DNA of 50,093 nucleotides, taken from Anaerolineaceae bacterium (lineage in GTDB: Bacteria > Chloroflexota > Anaerolineae > Anaerolineales > Anaerolineaceae). How positions within the stretch are numbered: position 1 is the first letter of the stretch; each line of letters starts with the position of its first letter. A model generated the notes under the pieces. That model ran no database searches. It was not told the origin of the DNA and saw only the letters and a program-made list of their open reading frames with translations. Below are positions 18,080-26,723 of the stretch, piece by piece. The position numbers and the translations under genes were made by a program. The DNA is taken from assembly GCA_036567625.1 (NCBI GenBank), contig DATCUC010000264.1:1-50093 (forward strand), in the 5' to 3' direction.

Positions 18080-18661
18080 CTAATAGATGGATATGAGGTC
18101 TTGAATGGTCTCGAAGATTTTTGGTCCGATCCCCGGCACGTTCTGGATATCCTCAATGCTGGCAAAAGGGCCATTTTCTTCGCGATAAGCGATGATCTGC
18201 GCGGCTTTGGTTTCTCCGATCCCGGGCAGCGCGTCCAGTTCTTCCAGGGTCGCAGTGTTGAGGTTCACCCTGGCCGGCGTTCCGTTCAACGGAAGCGCTG
18301 GCGACCGGGTGTCCGGCGCTGGAGCTCCCGGCGCGCTGGTGGGGGATATGGACGGGATAGTGATCTTCTCGCCGTCGGCGATCCTGGCTGCAAGGTTGAT
18401 CTGCCGCGGGTCGGCATCTGCTGAGAAGCCACCCGCTGCGCGAACCGCGTCTTCCAGCCGGCTGCCGCCGGGCAGAGCATACACCCCGGCATTTGTCACC
18501 GCGCCGGAGATATGCACCACCAAAGGTGCGGCAGTTGGAAGCGGTGGCAGTTCGATTGCCTGGCCGGTGGGCCGGTTATTGATGACAAGGATCAAAGCGC
18601 CAGACAGCAAACCAAAGAAGACACCCAATAGAATCCCCTGCCACAGCTTCATTGTAACCAT
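18080..18661 (-). CDS. comEA: ComEA-like helix-hairpin-helix DNA-binding protein
   Basis: It has an N-terminal TM anchor, a SLBB-like middle region, and tandem HhH motifs 'LNTATLEELDALPGIGETKAAQIIAYREENGPFASIEDIQNVPGIGPKIF'. The alternative start ATG 18652 has better AAGGA spacing. Confidence 0.8.
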   Translation of the reverse strand: MVTMKLWQGILLGVFFGLLSGALILVINNRPTGQAIELPPLPTAAPLVVHISGAVTNAGVYALPGGSRLEDAVRAAGGFSADADPRQINLAARIADGEKITIPSISPTSAPGAPAPDTRSPALPLNGTPARVNLNTATLEELDALPGIGETKAAQIIAYREENGPFASIEDIQNVPGIGPKIFETIQDLISIY

Positions 18662-18704
18662 CCTTGGCCGGTGTGATGCGAGCGTTCGCGCGGAATATAT
18701 AACC

Positions 18705-18732
18705 AGTATATCCGGGAGGTGGACGGTGTCAA
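18705..18732 (-). promoter_or_regulatory. Sigma70-like promoter for the comEA-yqeY-pgpH-ybeY-dgkA operon
   Basis: On the minus strand: -35 TTGACA (18732-18727), a 16-nt spacer and -10 TATACT (18710-18705), about 40 nt upstream of the comEA start. Confidence 0.45.
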
Positions 18733-18748
18733 GTGCGCGGCGGCGAGG

Positions 18749-19681
18749 TTAAAAAGGGGCAACCTCCTGGCTTTGCTGTTTGACGTTGATCGTGAAGCGA
18801 TTCCTCGCGCGGCCTTCTTCCAGCTCGAGCATGGTGGTAAAGGCGGTGATGGCCACTTCCAGCATCTCGAGGGTTGGCTCGCGCGTTGTCAGGCTTTGCA
18901 GGGCCAGGTTAGGGCGGATCAGCAGGCGCACGAGCGGGCTGTCGAGGTGATTGGCCATCCACCGAATATACTCGTACGCAACCCCAGCCAGCAGCGGCAG
19001 CAGGATGATACGGCTGGCATAGCGCCAGAACGGGGGCAGCGGGCCAATCAGCGCAAAGACCAGGATCGACAGTACAATCAGGGTCAGCAGAAAAGATGTG
19101 CCGCAGCGTGGGTGCTGGAGTGAATAGCGAATAACCACCTCGGGCTTCAAATCTGCTCCGGCTTCATAGGCATTGATTGTCTTGTGCTCCGCGCCGTGAT
19201 AGGCAAAGACGCGCTGGATATCCGGCATGCGGCCGATGAGCCAGATGTAGCCGATCATCAGCGCCAGGCGCACCAGCCCTTCGACGACATTGCTCCACCA
19301 GGGATTCATACCGGTCAGGCGTTCACCCAGGTGACCGATACCGGCAGGCGCAACAAAGAACAAGGCAACGGCGAAGAGCAGCGAAAAACCGATGGTGACA
19401 TACTGCATCGGACCTTCAATTTGCTCTTCTTCGCCGGCCTGGACGTTTGCAGAAAGGGTCAGGTAGCGAAAGCCCAGCCCCAATGCATCCCACAGCAGCA
19501 CCAGCCCGCGCAGGAAGGGAATCCGCGCCACCGGGCTGCGATAAATGCCTTCCAGGTGCTGGGTTTCGACAATAATTTTTCCATCGGGCGCGCGAAATGC
19601 GGCAGCCAGGGCTTTTGAGCCGCGCATCAGCACACCTTCAATTAACGCCTGTCCGCCGTATGACGGTAATCGTTCACTCAT
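18749..19681 (-). CDS. DUF1385 (YqhQ-like) membrane protein
   Basis: 310 aa. The N-terminal block 'YGGQALIEGVLMRG', 'YHGAEHK' and several TM segments are as in the DUF1385 family. Confidence 0.75.
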   Translation of the reverse strand: MSERLPSYGGQALIEGVLMRGSKALAAAFRAPDGKIIVETQHLEGIYRSPVARIPFLRGLVLLWDALGLGFRYLTLSANVQAGEEEQIEGPMQYVTIGFSLLFAVALFFVAPAGIGHLGERLTGMNPWWSNVVEGLVRLALMIGYIWLIGRMPDIQRVFAYHGAEHKTINAYEAGADLKPEVVIRYSLQHPRCGTSFLLTLIVLSILVFALIGPLPPFWRYASRIILLPLLAGVAYEYIRWMANHLDSPLVRLLIRPNLALQSLTTREPTLEMLEVAITAFTTMLELEEGRARNRFTINVKQQSQEVAPF

Positions 19682-19707
19682 AACCGCATCTCTTTCCGAT
19701 CGTCGTG

Positions 19708-21078
19708 CTATTCAGCCAGTAAATATAAGTAATGGATTATCGCTTCAATGCCGCGGTACCAGGTGGCGAGATGCAGCTTCTCGTTCGGCGCGTGGATGTT
19801 GTCATCCGGTAGGCCAAAGCCGGTGATCACCGACGGGCAGCCGAGGATCTGCTGCATATCCGCCACAACCGGGATCGAGCCGCCTTCGCGCTTATACAAT
19901 GGTTGCTTGCCCCACACGGTTTCGAGGGCGCGGGCAAAAGCGCGCACTTCGGGTAGATCCAGTTCGGCCATGACTGCCGGGCCGCCGCCAAAGTATTTCA
20001 ACTCCCAGCGGATCGATTCTGGCGCGTTTTCGGTCAGGTAACGCAAGAACGATTGGTGGACTTCATCGGCTTGCTGATTGGGAACCAGGCGGCAAGAAAT
20101 CTTCGCCATTGCCCAGGCCGGGATGACGGTTTTTTTGCCTTCTTCAACAAAGCCGGACAGCAGGCCGTGAACGTCTAACGTCGGCCGGGCGCCGGTCTGT
20201 TCGGCAGGGGAATAATTCTGTTCACCGTGAAGCGCGGGTACGCCGGTTGCTTCGCGGTAAAAATCCACGGACATGGGCAGGCGCTTCATCTGCTGGCGTT
20301 CTTCTTCGCTCAGGGGGTGAACAGCATCGTAAAAACCGGGCAGGGTAATGCGCCCCTGGGCATCGTGCATCCCGGCGATGAGCTCGCAAAGTGCATTGGC
20401 CGGGTTGTGAACCACGCCGCCAAACATGCCGGAGTGCAGATCATGCGCCGGGCCTGTGACCCACAGCTCAAAATAGGCCAGCCCGCGCAGGCCGTAGATG
20501 ATGGTTGGGAGTTCGGACGAGATCATGCCCCCGTCAGGGTTGAGCGCAAGATCACAGGCCAGCAGATCCTTGTATTCACGCAAAAAGGCTGGCAGGTTGG
20601 GTGAGCCGATCTCCTCTTCGCCTTCCAGAATGAATTTGATATTGACCGGCGATGGCCCCTGGGCCAGCACTGCTTTCACGGCTTGCAGGCAGGCGACTAC
20701 CTGGCCTTTCATATCGGAAGAGCCGCGGCCATACAAATTACCATCGCGAACATCGGGTTGGTATGGGGAAGTCTTCCACAGATCTAATGGATCCGGCGGT
20801 TGGACATCATAATGTCCATAGATCAGCACGGTGGGCATATCTGGCTTTGCAGCGCGGATCTCACCGAATACTACCGGATGGCCCTGGGTAGGAAAGATCT
20901 GCGGCGCGGCTCCCATTTCCTTTAATTGGCCGGCCAACCATTCAGCGGCGCGCTGCATATCGCCTTTGTTGGCAGCGAAAGTGGACACCGATGGGATGCT
21001 AACCAGCTCTTTGAGCGCGTTTAAAGCGCCGATCTGGTTCTTTCGGGCAAACTCAATCGCGTTTTCGCGATGATCCAT
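19708..21078 (-). CDS. M20 family metallopeptidase (dipeptidase-like)
   Basis: 456 aa. 'LIYGHYDVQP', 'GRGSSDMKG' and 'EGEEEIGS' are the M20 metal and catalytic blocks. AGGAGA lies upstream of the ATG. Confidence 0.8.
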   Translation of the reverse strand: MDHRENAIEFARKNQIGALNALKELVSIPSVSTFAANKGDMQRAAEWLAGQLKEMGAAPQIFPTQGHPVVFGEIRAAKPDMPTVLIYGHYDVQPPDPLDLWKTSPYQPDVRDGNLYGRGSSDMKGQVVACLQAVKAVLAQGPSPVNIKFILEGEEEIGSPNLPAFLREYKDLLACDLALNPDGGMISSELPTIIYGLRGLAYFELWVTGPAHDLHSGMFGGVVHNPANALCELIAGMHDAQGRITLPGFYDAVHPLSEEERQQMKRLPMSVDFYREATGVPALHGEQNYSPAEQTGARPTLDVHGLLSGFVEEGKKTVIPAWAMAKISCRLVPNQQADEVHQSFLRYLTENAPESIRWELKYFGGGPAVMAELDLPEVRAFARALETVWGKQPLYKREGGSIPVVADMQQILGCPSVITGFGLPDDNIHAPNEKLHLATWYRGIEAIIHYLYLLAE

Positions 21079-21163
21079 AGCGGTTATATCTCCTGCTGGT
21101 TGGTGGTTGCGCGAAGAATTCCAATGCGCGCGTCGGCTTGATTATATGCCATTTTCAGGCGGT

Positions 21164-21193
21164 TTGCGAGGAAAAACCGCGCTATGATACAAT
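21164..21193 (+). promoter_or_regulatory. Candidate promoter for the subtilase-sortase operon
   Basis: The -35 TTGCGA (21164-21169), an 18-nt spacer and -10 TACAAT (21188-21193) preceded by TGA (extended -10-like) lie about 65 nt upstream of ATG 21258. The call rests on pattern only. Confidence 0.3.
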
Positions 21194-21257
21194 CTTAATG
21201 AAAGGCCATCTGCCTTCGGCGTGCCTGATCATTCTCAACTATCCCGGAATACATGCC

Positions 21258-23684
21258 ATGCGAACGTTCGTGCTCCTCATTCTCACCGGCTGTCTCTTGC
21301 TCTCCGCTCTGTTGGGCGTTGGCGTATCCCCCGCGGCGGCGCAAACAACCGTGCCAGAACAGGACGCGCCGCCCGTACCCGGCATTTTGATCGTGGGGTA
21401 TCAGAAAAGCATAATCCCGCGCCTGATGGACCTGCCGCAAGAGGCCGGGATGGCTGCGGTGGGTCAGGAGTTGCAGGCGCTGAATGCGCTCAATACGGTG
21501 AAGATTTCCGTGCCGGAAGGACAGGAAGAAGCCATCCGTCAGGAACTGCTGAAAAACCCGGATGTGCGTTACGTGGAACGCGATTACCGCGTCGAAGCCC
21601 AATTAATCCCAAACGACGCGCGCTGGAGCCAGCAGTACGGACCGCCGGCAGTCAACGCGCCGGACGCGTGGGATATTACCACCGGCTCCAGCGCTGTGAC
21701 CCTGGCGGTGATCGATTCGGGCATTTATGCCAATCACCCGGAGTTTTCGGGGCGGCTGGTGCGCGGTTATGATTTTATCGATGCCGACAGTACGCCCCAG
21801 GATGACTGCGGGCACGGTACACACGTCGCCGGCATTGCCGCCGCGACCGGAAATAACCGCACCGGCGTAGCCGGGATCAACTGGCGGGTAAAGATCATGC
21901 CAATCCGTGTGATCCACAGTACCGGCTATTCCTGTTCCGGGGATACGAGCAACCTGGCCAGCGCAATCATCTACGCCGTAGAACACGGCGCGCAGGTGAT
22001 CAATATGAGCGTTGGATTTTCTGCCACGCCAGTGTCGCAGTTGATGGCGGACGCCGTCCAATATGCCAATGATCGCGGGGTGGCCCTGTTTGCCGCGGCG
22101 GGCAACAACAGCGGGGCAGAGCTGCTCCAGCCAGCCTCGCTGCCGCACGTTATGGCGGTAGGGGCCACCAACCGCGCCCTGACCGACCGCGCCTGGTTTT
22201 CGAATCGCAGCAGCGAAGTGGGTCACTTGTTCGTCGCCGCGCCAGGGATGGATATCCTGTCGACCACACCGGCCGGGTCGTTTTTGTATGAAGACTTTGG
22301 CACCGAGCGCAATTATGGTTTGATGAGCGGCACATCCATGGCAACGCCTTTTGTGGCCGGGGCAGCCACCCTGCTGGCTGGTTTGCCGCAATTTGATTCA
22401 CCAGATAAGATTTACCAGGCGATCTACCAGACCGCGCAAGATATCGGACCGGCCCCCGGATGGGATAGCAATACTGGCTATGGGCTGCTGCAGATCGACC
22501 TTGCCATGGGGTATGAAGATTTCACCCCCACGCCAGTTGAAGAACCGGATGTTGAGTATGACTGGGTCAGTTCCGAAGACTGCCCGGCGGTGGCCTTTGA
22601 ATGGCAAGACATTGCTGACGATGGAGATCCTGCGTTTATCGGCGCCGATGGTCGCATCACCCTGAGCGTTGGCGGCGATTTATCTGCTCCGATTGCCTAT
22701 GCAGGCCAGTCGTTCGACAGCATTACGATCAGCGCAAATGGCAATGTGTTTTTTGATCCTGTCGTTTCGAGCGACAAGATCTCTTACCCCATCCCATGGC
22801 CAGCCGCGCCGAATTACCTTGTCGCTCCACTATGGGCTGACCTGACCAATTCGGTTGGCGGGGTCATCTATTATCGGGATTCCGGTTCACAGTTTATCGT
22901 CCAGTGGGATCGGGTATCGTTTCAGGGGCCGGGGTCGCCGGGCAGGCTGACCTTCCAGGTGATTTTCTACCGCAGCAGCGGAAATATCCTTTTCCAGTAT
23001 CTGACTCTCAGTGGAAAAGGCACGGATGGCTCGCGCGGAACGGTGGGGCTGGAATACGGCCCGAGCTTTGGCACGCAGTACGCCTACAACCAGGCTGGCA
23101 AACTAAGCGAAGGTCTGGCGCTGCTGTTCATTCCAACAGAACCGGGCAGCACCCGCCAGATCTTCGACTGTCTGTTTGTCACCCAATCCGAATTTGGCGG
23201 GTGCGACCAGCTTCCGCCGTTTGGGGTGGACCTGCTGAGTGACACAGGCGATATTCCCGAGGGAACGCAACTCTCGATCCGGCGGCTGCAGTCCGCGCCG
23301 GCGCGCTGGCCGGCGACGTTCAAACCCTTGAATCGCTGGGCGGAGATAGAGGTGTCACCTGGCCGGGGTGGCGGGCTGGTATGTTACGACTATACGGCCG
23401 AAGATGTGCTGCGCGCGGGCGGACGACCACAAAACATGTTCCTCGCCAGCGTTCAATCTGGCTCGCGCGGCTGGAAACCCCTGCAAACGCTGGTAGAACC
23501 GGAAGAAAGCCAGTTGATTGGCAACGCGGAGCATTTCTCCATCTTCGGCGTTTTCGCGCTGCAGCCGGTCAGTTTGCCGGAAACCGGCGCGAACCGTTCA
23601 AATCAATTGAACTGGGCCTGGGTAGCGCTGCTGCCGCTTGCCCTGGCTGCATTCGCGGCTGTCATCGGCGGAAAACGGCGGTAA
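21258..23684 (+). CDS. Secreted S8 (subtilisin-like) serine peptidase with an unknown C-terminal region and an LPXTG cell-wall sorting signal
   Basis: I set the start at 'MRTFVLLILTGCLLLSALLGVGVSPAAAQ' (signal peptide). An I9-like propeptide is present. The catalytic triad blocks are 'VIDSGI', 'HGTHVAG' and 'SGTSMATP'. The C-terminus is 'LPETG' plus a hydrophobic helix plus 'KRR'. Confidence 0.9.
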   Translation: MRTFVLLILTGCLLLSALLGVGVSPAAAQTTVPEQDAPPVPGILIVGYQKSIIPRLMDLPQEAGMAAVGQELQALNALNTVKISVPEGQEEAIRQELLKNPDVRYVERDYRVEAQLIPNDARWSQQYGPPAVNAPDAWDITTGSSAVTLAVIDSGIYANHPEFSGRLVRGYDFIDADSTPQDDCGHGTHVAGIAAATGNNRTGVAGINWRVKIMPIRVIHSTGYSCSGDTSNLASAIIYAVEHGAQVINMSVGFSATPVSQLMADAVQYANDRGVALFAAAGNNSGAELLQPASLPHVMAVGATNRALTDRAWFSNRSSEVGHLFVAAPGMDILSTTPAGSFLYEDFGTERNYGLMSGTSMATPFVAGAATLLAGLPQFDSPDKIYQAIYQTAQDIGPAPGWDSNTGYGLLQIDLAMGYEDFTPTPVEEPDVEYDWVSSEDCPAVAFEWQDIADDGDPAFIGADGRITLSVGGDLSAPIAYAGQSFDSITISANGNVFFDPVVSSDKISYPIPWPAAPNYLVAPLWADLTNSVGGVIYYRDSGSQFIVQWDRVSFQGPGSPGRLTFQVIFYRSSGNILFQYLTLSGKGTDGSRGTVGLEYGPSFGTQYAYNQAGKLSEGLALLFIPTEPGSTRQIFDCLFVTQSEFGGCDQLPPFGVDLLSDTGDIPEGTQLSIRRLQSAPARWPATFKPLNRWAEIEVSPGRGGGLVCYDYTAEDVLRAGGRPQNMFLASVQSGSRGWKPLQTLVEPEESQLIGNAEHFSIFGVFALQPVSLPETGANRSNQLNWAWVALLPLALAAFAAVIGGKRR
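23574..23681 (+). other. Sortase sorting signal (LPETG, TM helix, KRR tail) within the S8 peptidase
   Basis: Codons ttg ccg gaa acc ggc at 23574-23588 encode LPETG. They are followed by 'ANRSNQLNWAWVALLPLALAAFAAVIGGKRR' and the stop. Confidence 0.8.
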
Positions 23685-24451
23685 TGGGAACTGCGCGGGT
23701 TCTTCGCGGCCGGTTGATCCGCGCCTGGCGTTGGGCGGGTTCTCCAGCGATCTGCGTCTGGCTCATTCTGTTCGGCCTGGCAGGCTGCGTGAATGCGACC
23801 GCCACGCCGACCGGCACCGGCGTACCCCCGGATCTGCCAACCCCGGTGGCCCGGCATCCGGGTCAGCCGGAAACCCGGCTGTCTGCGCCCCAGTCAACCG
23901 ATATTTCCACCGTGACGCCAGTGCCGGAGACGCTGGGTGAACTGGCGCGGAGCGTGTACGGCAGCCGGCTGGTGGAATGGATCGAGATTCCCGCGATCGG
24001 CGTGCGCGCCCCGGTGCGGTCAGTCGGGTGGGCCAGCGAGAATCTGGACAGCCTGCCCGAATGGGATAATCCCGAGGCCGAGGTGGGGTGGGTCGTTTCC
24101 AGCGCGCTGCCGGGCGATGCCGGCAATATCATCCTCTATGGGCATAATAACATCCATTCATCCGTTTTCAAGCGGCTGACCGAATTACAGCCGGGGGATA
24201 CTGTGACCCTGAAAACCGGCGAAGGGCCGCAAATGTACCAGGTGGCTGGGGTGACCATCCTGCCGGTCAGCGGCGCGGACGCCGACCTGGCGGCATACCA
24301 GCAGTACCTTAGCGAGACGGCGGAAGAAACCTTGACGTTGCTTTCGTGCTGGCCGCCGGATAACAATACGCACCGGGTAGTCATTCAGGCAATTCCGGTA
24401 AACGCGGATGCTGAATCGCTATCCCTTTTTGGAACGGTCATGTTAAAATAA
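23684..24451 (+). CDS. Sortase family transpeptidase (possible lipoprotein)
   Basis: ATG 23684 overlaps the peptidase stop (TAATG). The N-terminus 'MGTARVLRGRLIRAWRWAGSPAICVWLILFGLAGC' has a charged n-region, an h-region and an LAGC lipobox. Catalytic blocks are His 'ILYGHNN', Cys 'TLLSCWPP' and Arg 'HRVVIQA'. Confidence 0.8.
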   Translation: MGTARVLRGRLIRAWRWAGSPAICVWLILFGLAGCVNATATPTGTGVPPDLPTPVARHPGQPETRLSAPQSTDISTVTPVPETLGELARSVYGSRLVEWIEIPAIGVRAPVRSVGWASENLDSLPEWDNPEAEVGWVVSSALPGDAGNIILYGHNNIHSSVFKRLTELQPGDTVTLKTGEGPQMYQVAGVTILPVSGADADLAAYQQYLSETAEETLTLLSCWPPDNNTHRVVIQAIPVNADAESLSLFGTVMLK

Positions 24452-24666
24452 CCGTATCAGGATCAGGTGGTCGGTTTCAAGCGAAACTTGACCGGCGTGG
24501 GGTGGCAAACCCTTCGAAAAGTACCGCCGACCTAAAACACCGATCCTATGCAAAGACGATTACCCTCCCCATTTGAGAAAAAGCGTGCAACCTGCCAGGT
24601 TCGCGCAAATATATTTCTATCGGCGTTTGAAGCCTGCTTATTCGGATGGAATATGGAGCGTCTATT

Positions 24667-26013
24667 ATGCTGATTACGAACGGCAAGATCGTCACCTGGG
24701 GGCAGCCGAACCAGATATTGGAAGGCCAGGCTATATATATTCAGGATAACCGCATCGCTGAGATTGGCGCGCAGGCGGAAATGCTGGAGCGCTACCCGCA
24801 AGAGGAGCGCTGTGATGCGCATAGCCAATATGTGCTGCCGGGGAATATTTGCGCGCATACCCACTTTTACGGAGCATTCTCGCGCGGCATGGGCATCCCC
24901 GGCCCGGCGGCAAAAGATTTTCCGGAAATCCTAGCCAGGCTGTGGTGGCCGCTGGACAAATCGCTTTGCATGGATGATGTGCGCTACTCAGCGCTGGTGT
25001 GCATGGTGGACGCAGTGAAGCATGGAACCACTACTCTTATCGATCATCACGCGTCGCCTTCGGCGATCACCGGCTCGCTGGATGCGATTGCCGAGGCAGT
25101 GGAATTGGCCGGGGTGCGAGCATCCTTATGTTATGAAGTCACCGACCGCAACGGCATGGATGGGGCAGAGGAAGGCATCCGCGAGAATGTGCGCTTTATC
25201 GAACGCGTGCAGCGTGAGCGGCCGGCCGATGGGCGCCTGGCTGCCATGTTTGGCCTGCATGCCGGCCTGACGGTGTCGGACGAAACCCTGGCCGCCAGCC
25301 GGGATGCCGTCGCTGGCCGGGCAGGGTTCCACATTCATGTGGCAGAGCACCCGGTCGATGAGTATGACAGCCTGGAAAAGAGCGGCCTGCGCGTGGTTGA
25401 TCGTCTGCAAAAGTTCGACATCCTCGGGCCGCGGTCAATTGTGGTGCATGCTGTACACGTGGATGCGCGCGAAATTGCGATCCTGGCTGAAACGCAAACA
25501 TGGGTCACGCACCAGCCGCGCTCGAATATGAATAATGCCGTCGGTCTGCCCGCCGTGGAAGATATGTTGCGCTCGGGCGTGCGCGTTTGCCTGGGGAATG
25601 ACGGTTTTGCCAACGCGATGTGGGAAGAATGGAAAGCGGCCTATCTGGCGCACAAGCTGCTGCATCGTGATCCGCGGCGCATGAACGGCAGTACGCTGGC
25701 GCAAATGGCGGTGTACAACAACGCCGCGCTGGCCGAAGCGATGTTTGGCGCTGGACCGGTCGGCGTAATCCAGCCCGGCGCGCTGGCCGACCTGATTTTT
25801 GTCGACTACCATCCCTTCACCGAACTTTCCAGCGGGAATTTACCCTGGCAGATCCTGTTTGGTTTCCACGAGAGTATGATTACCGCCACGATTGTCGACG
25901 GGCGGGTGTTGATGTATAACCGCGCGCTGCTGACATTGGATGAAGAAAAGATCGCCAGTGAAGCGCGTACGTTATCTGCTGGCGTCTGGCAGCGTTATCA
26001 GAAACTGTTCTAA
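24667..26013 (+). CDS. ssnA: SsnA-type amidohydrolase (chlorohydrolase/cytosine-deaminase superfamily)
   Basis: Start at 'MLITNGKIV' with GGAG upstream. 'CAHTHFY', 'LWWPLDKSL', 'TLIDHHASPSAITGSL', 'HIHVAEH' and 'HQPRSNMNNAVG' track E. coli SsnA as I remember it. Confidence 0.75.
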   Translation: MLITNGKIVTWGQPNQILEGQAIYIQDNRIAEIGAQAEMLERYPQEERCDAHSQYVLPGNICAHTHFYGAFSRGMGIPGPAAKDFPEILARLWWPLDKSLCMDDVRYSALVCMVDAVKHGTTTLIDHHASPSAITGSLDAIAEAVELAGVRASLCYEVTDRNGMDGAEEGIRENVRFIERVQRERPADGRLAAMFGLHAGLTVSDETLAASRDAVAGRAGFHIHVAEHPVDEYDSLEKSGLRVVDRLQKFDILGPRSIVVHAVHVDAREIAILAETQTWVTHQPRSNMNNAVGLPAVEDMLRSGVRVCLGNDGFANAMWEEWKAAYLAHKLLHRDPRRMNGSTLAQMAVYNNAALAEAMFGAGPVGVIQPGALADLIFVDYHPFTELSSGNLPWQILFGFHESMITATIVDGRVLMYNRALLTLDEEKIASEARTLSAGVWQRYQKLF

Positions 26014-26028
26014 TCCACCGGAGGAAAT

Positions 26029-26712
26029 GTGAGCGACACGCAACCTGTGCAACCCCGAACCATCGCCATTATTGGCGGAACCGGTAAAGAAGGCAAAGGG
26101 CTGGCTTACCGCTGGTGTAAGGCCGGCTACAAGGTAATTATTGGCTCGCGCCAGGCGGAGAAAGCTCAGGCCGCGGTAGAAGAAGTGCTGGCGCTGACCC
26201 CCAACGCCGACCTGCATGGAATGACGAATCCTGAAGCCGCCGCCCAGGCCGATCTGGTGGTGCTAACCGTGCCCTTCGCCGTTCACTGCGACATGCTCAA
26301 CCTGCTCAAGCCGCAGTTGGCCGGGAAAATCCTGGTCGATGTGACCGTGCCGCTGGTGCCTCCTAAGGTAACCCGGGTGCAAATGCCGCCGGAGGGCAGC
26401 GCGGCGCAGCAGGCGCAGGCCATTCTGGGCGAAGAGACCCAGGTAGTAGCTGCCTTCCAGAATATTTCGTATGAGAAACTGTTGAATGATGAAGACATCG
26501 AGTGCGACGTACTGGTGTGCGGCAGCGGGAAGGCTGCGCGCGCGGCGGTCATTGGGCTGGTGCAGGATGCCGGGATGGTGGGCTGGGATGCTGGCCCGCT
26601 GGAGAACTCGGTGGTGGTAGAAGGGATGACCTCGGTGCTGATCGGCCTCAATAAGCAATATGGGGTACAATCAGCGGGAATTCGCATTACCGGTTTGCCG
26701 CGTCCGAACTAA
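26029..26712 (+). CDS. npdG: NADPH-dependent F420 reductase
   Basis: 227 aa. The Rossmann start 'IAIIGGTGKEGKGLAYRWCKAGYKVIIGSR' and the overall length match NpdG/Fno. It has a GTG start after GGAGGA. Confidence 0.8.
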   Translation: MSDTQPVQPRTIAIIGGTGKEGKGLAYRWCKAGYKVIIGSRQAEKAQAAVEEVLALTPNADLHGMTNPEAAAQADLVVLTVPFAVHCDMLNLLKPQLAGKILVDVTVPLVPPKVTRVQMPPEGSAAQQAQAILGEETQVVAAFQNISYEKLLNDEDIECDVLVCGSGKAARAAVIGLVQDAGMVGWDAGPLENSVVVEGMTSVLIGLNKQYGVQSAGIRITGLPRPN

Positions 26713-26723
26713 GGAGAAGGACT

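Noticed and set aside
21138-21257. Upstream 40 codons of the S8 peptidase track ORF
   Set aside because: The extension ('MIICHFQAVCEEKPRYDTIL...') precedes a textbook signal peptide that starts at ATG 21258. It would also bury the candidate promoter at 21164-21193 inside the coding sequence.
23381-23683. Upstream extension of the sortase ORF (track start 23381) overlapping the end of the protease gene
   Set aside because: The extension is an out-of-frame read of the protease C-terminus. A proper signal or lipobox N-terminus starts at ATG 23684, which overlaps the protease stop.
24452-24666. Purine/xanthine or Moco riboswitch upstream of ssnA
   Set aside because: Short fragments (GGUUUC, CCGACCUA) resemble pieces of the guanine riboswitch. 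Their order and the helices do not fit the P1-P2-P3 consensus, and I could not align the Moco motif either. I kept the region only as an unclassified structured leader.
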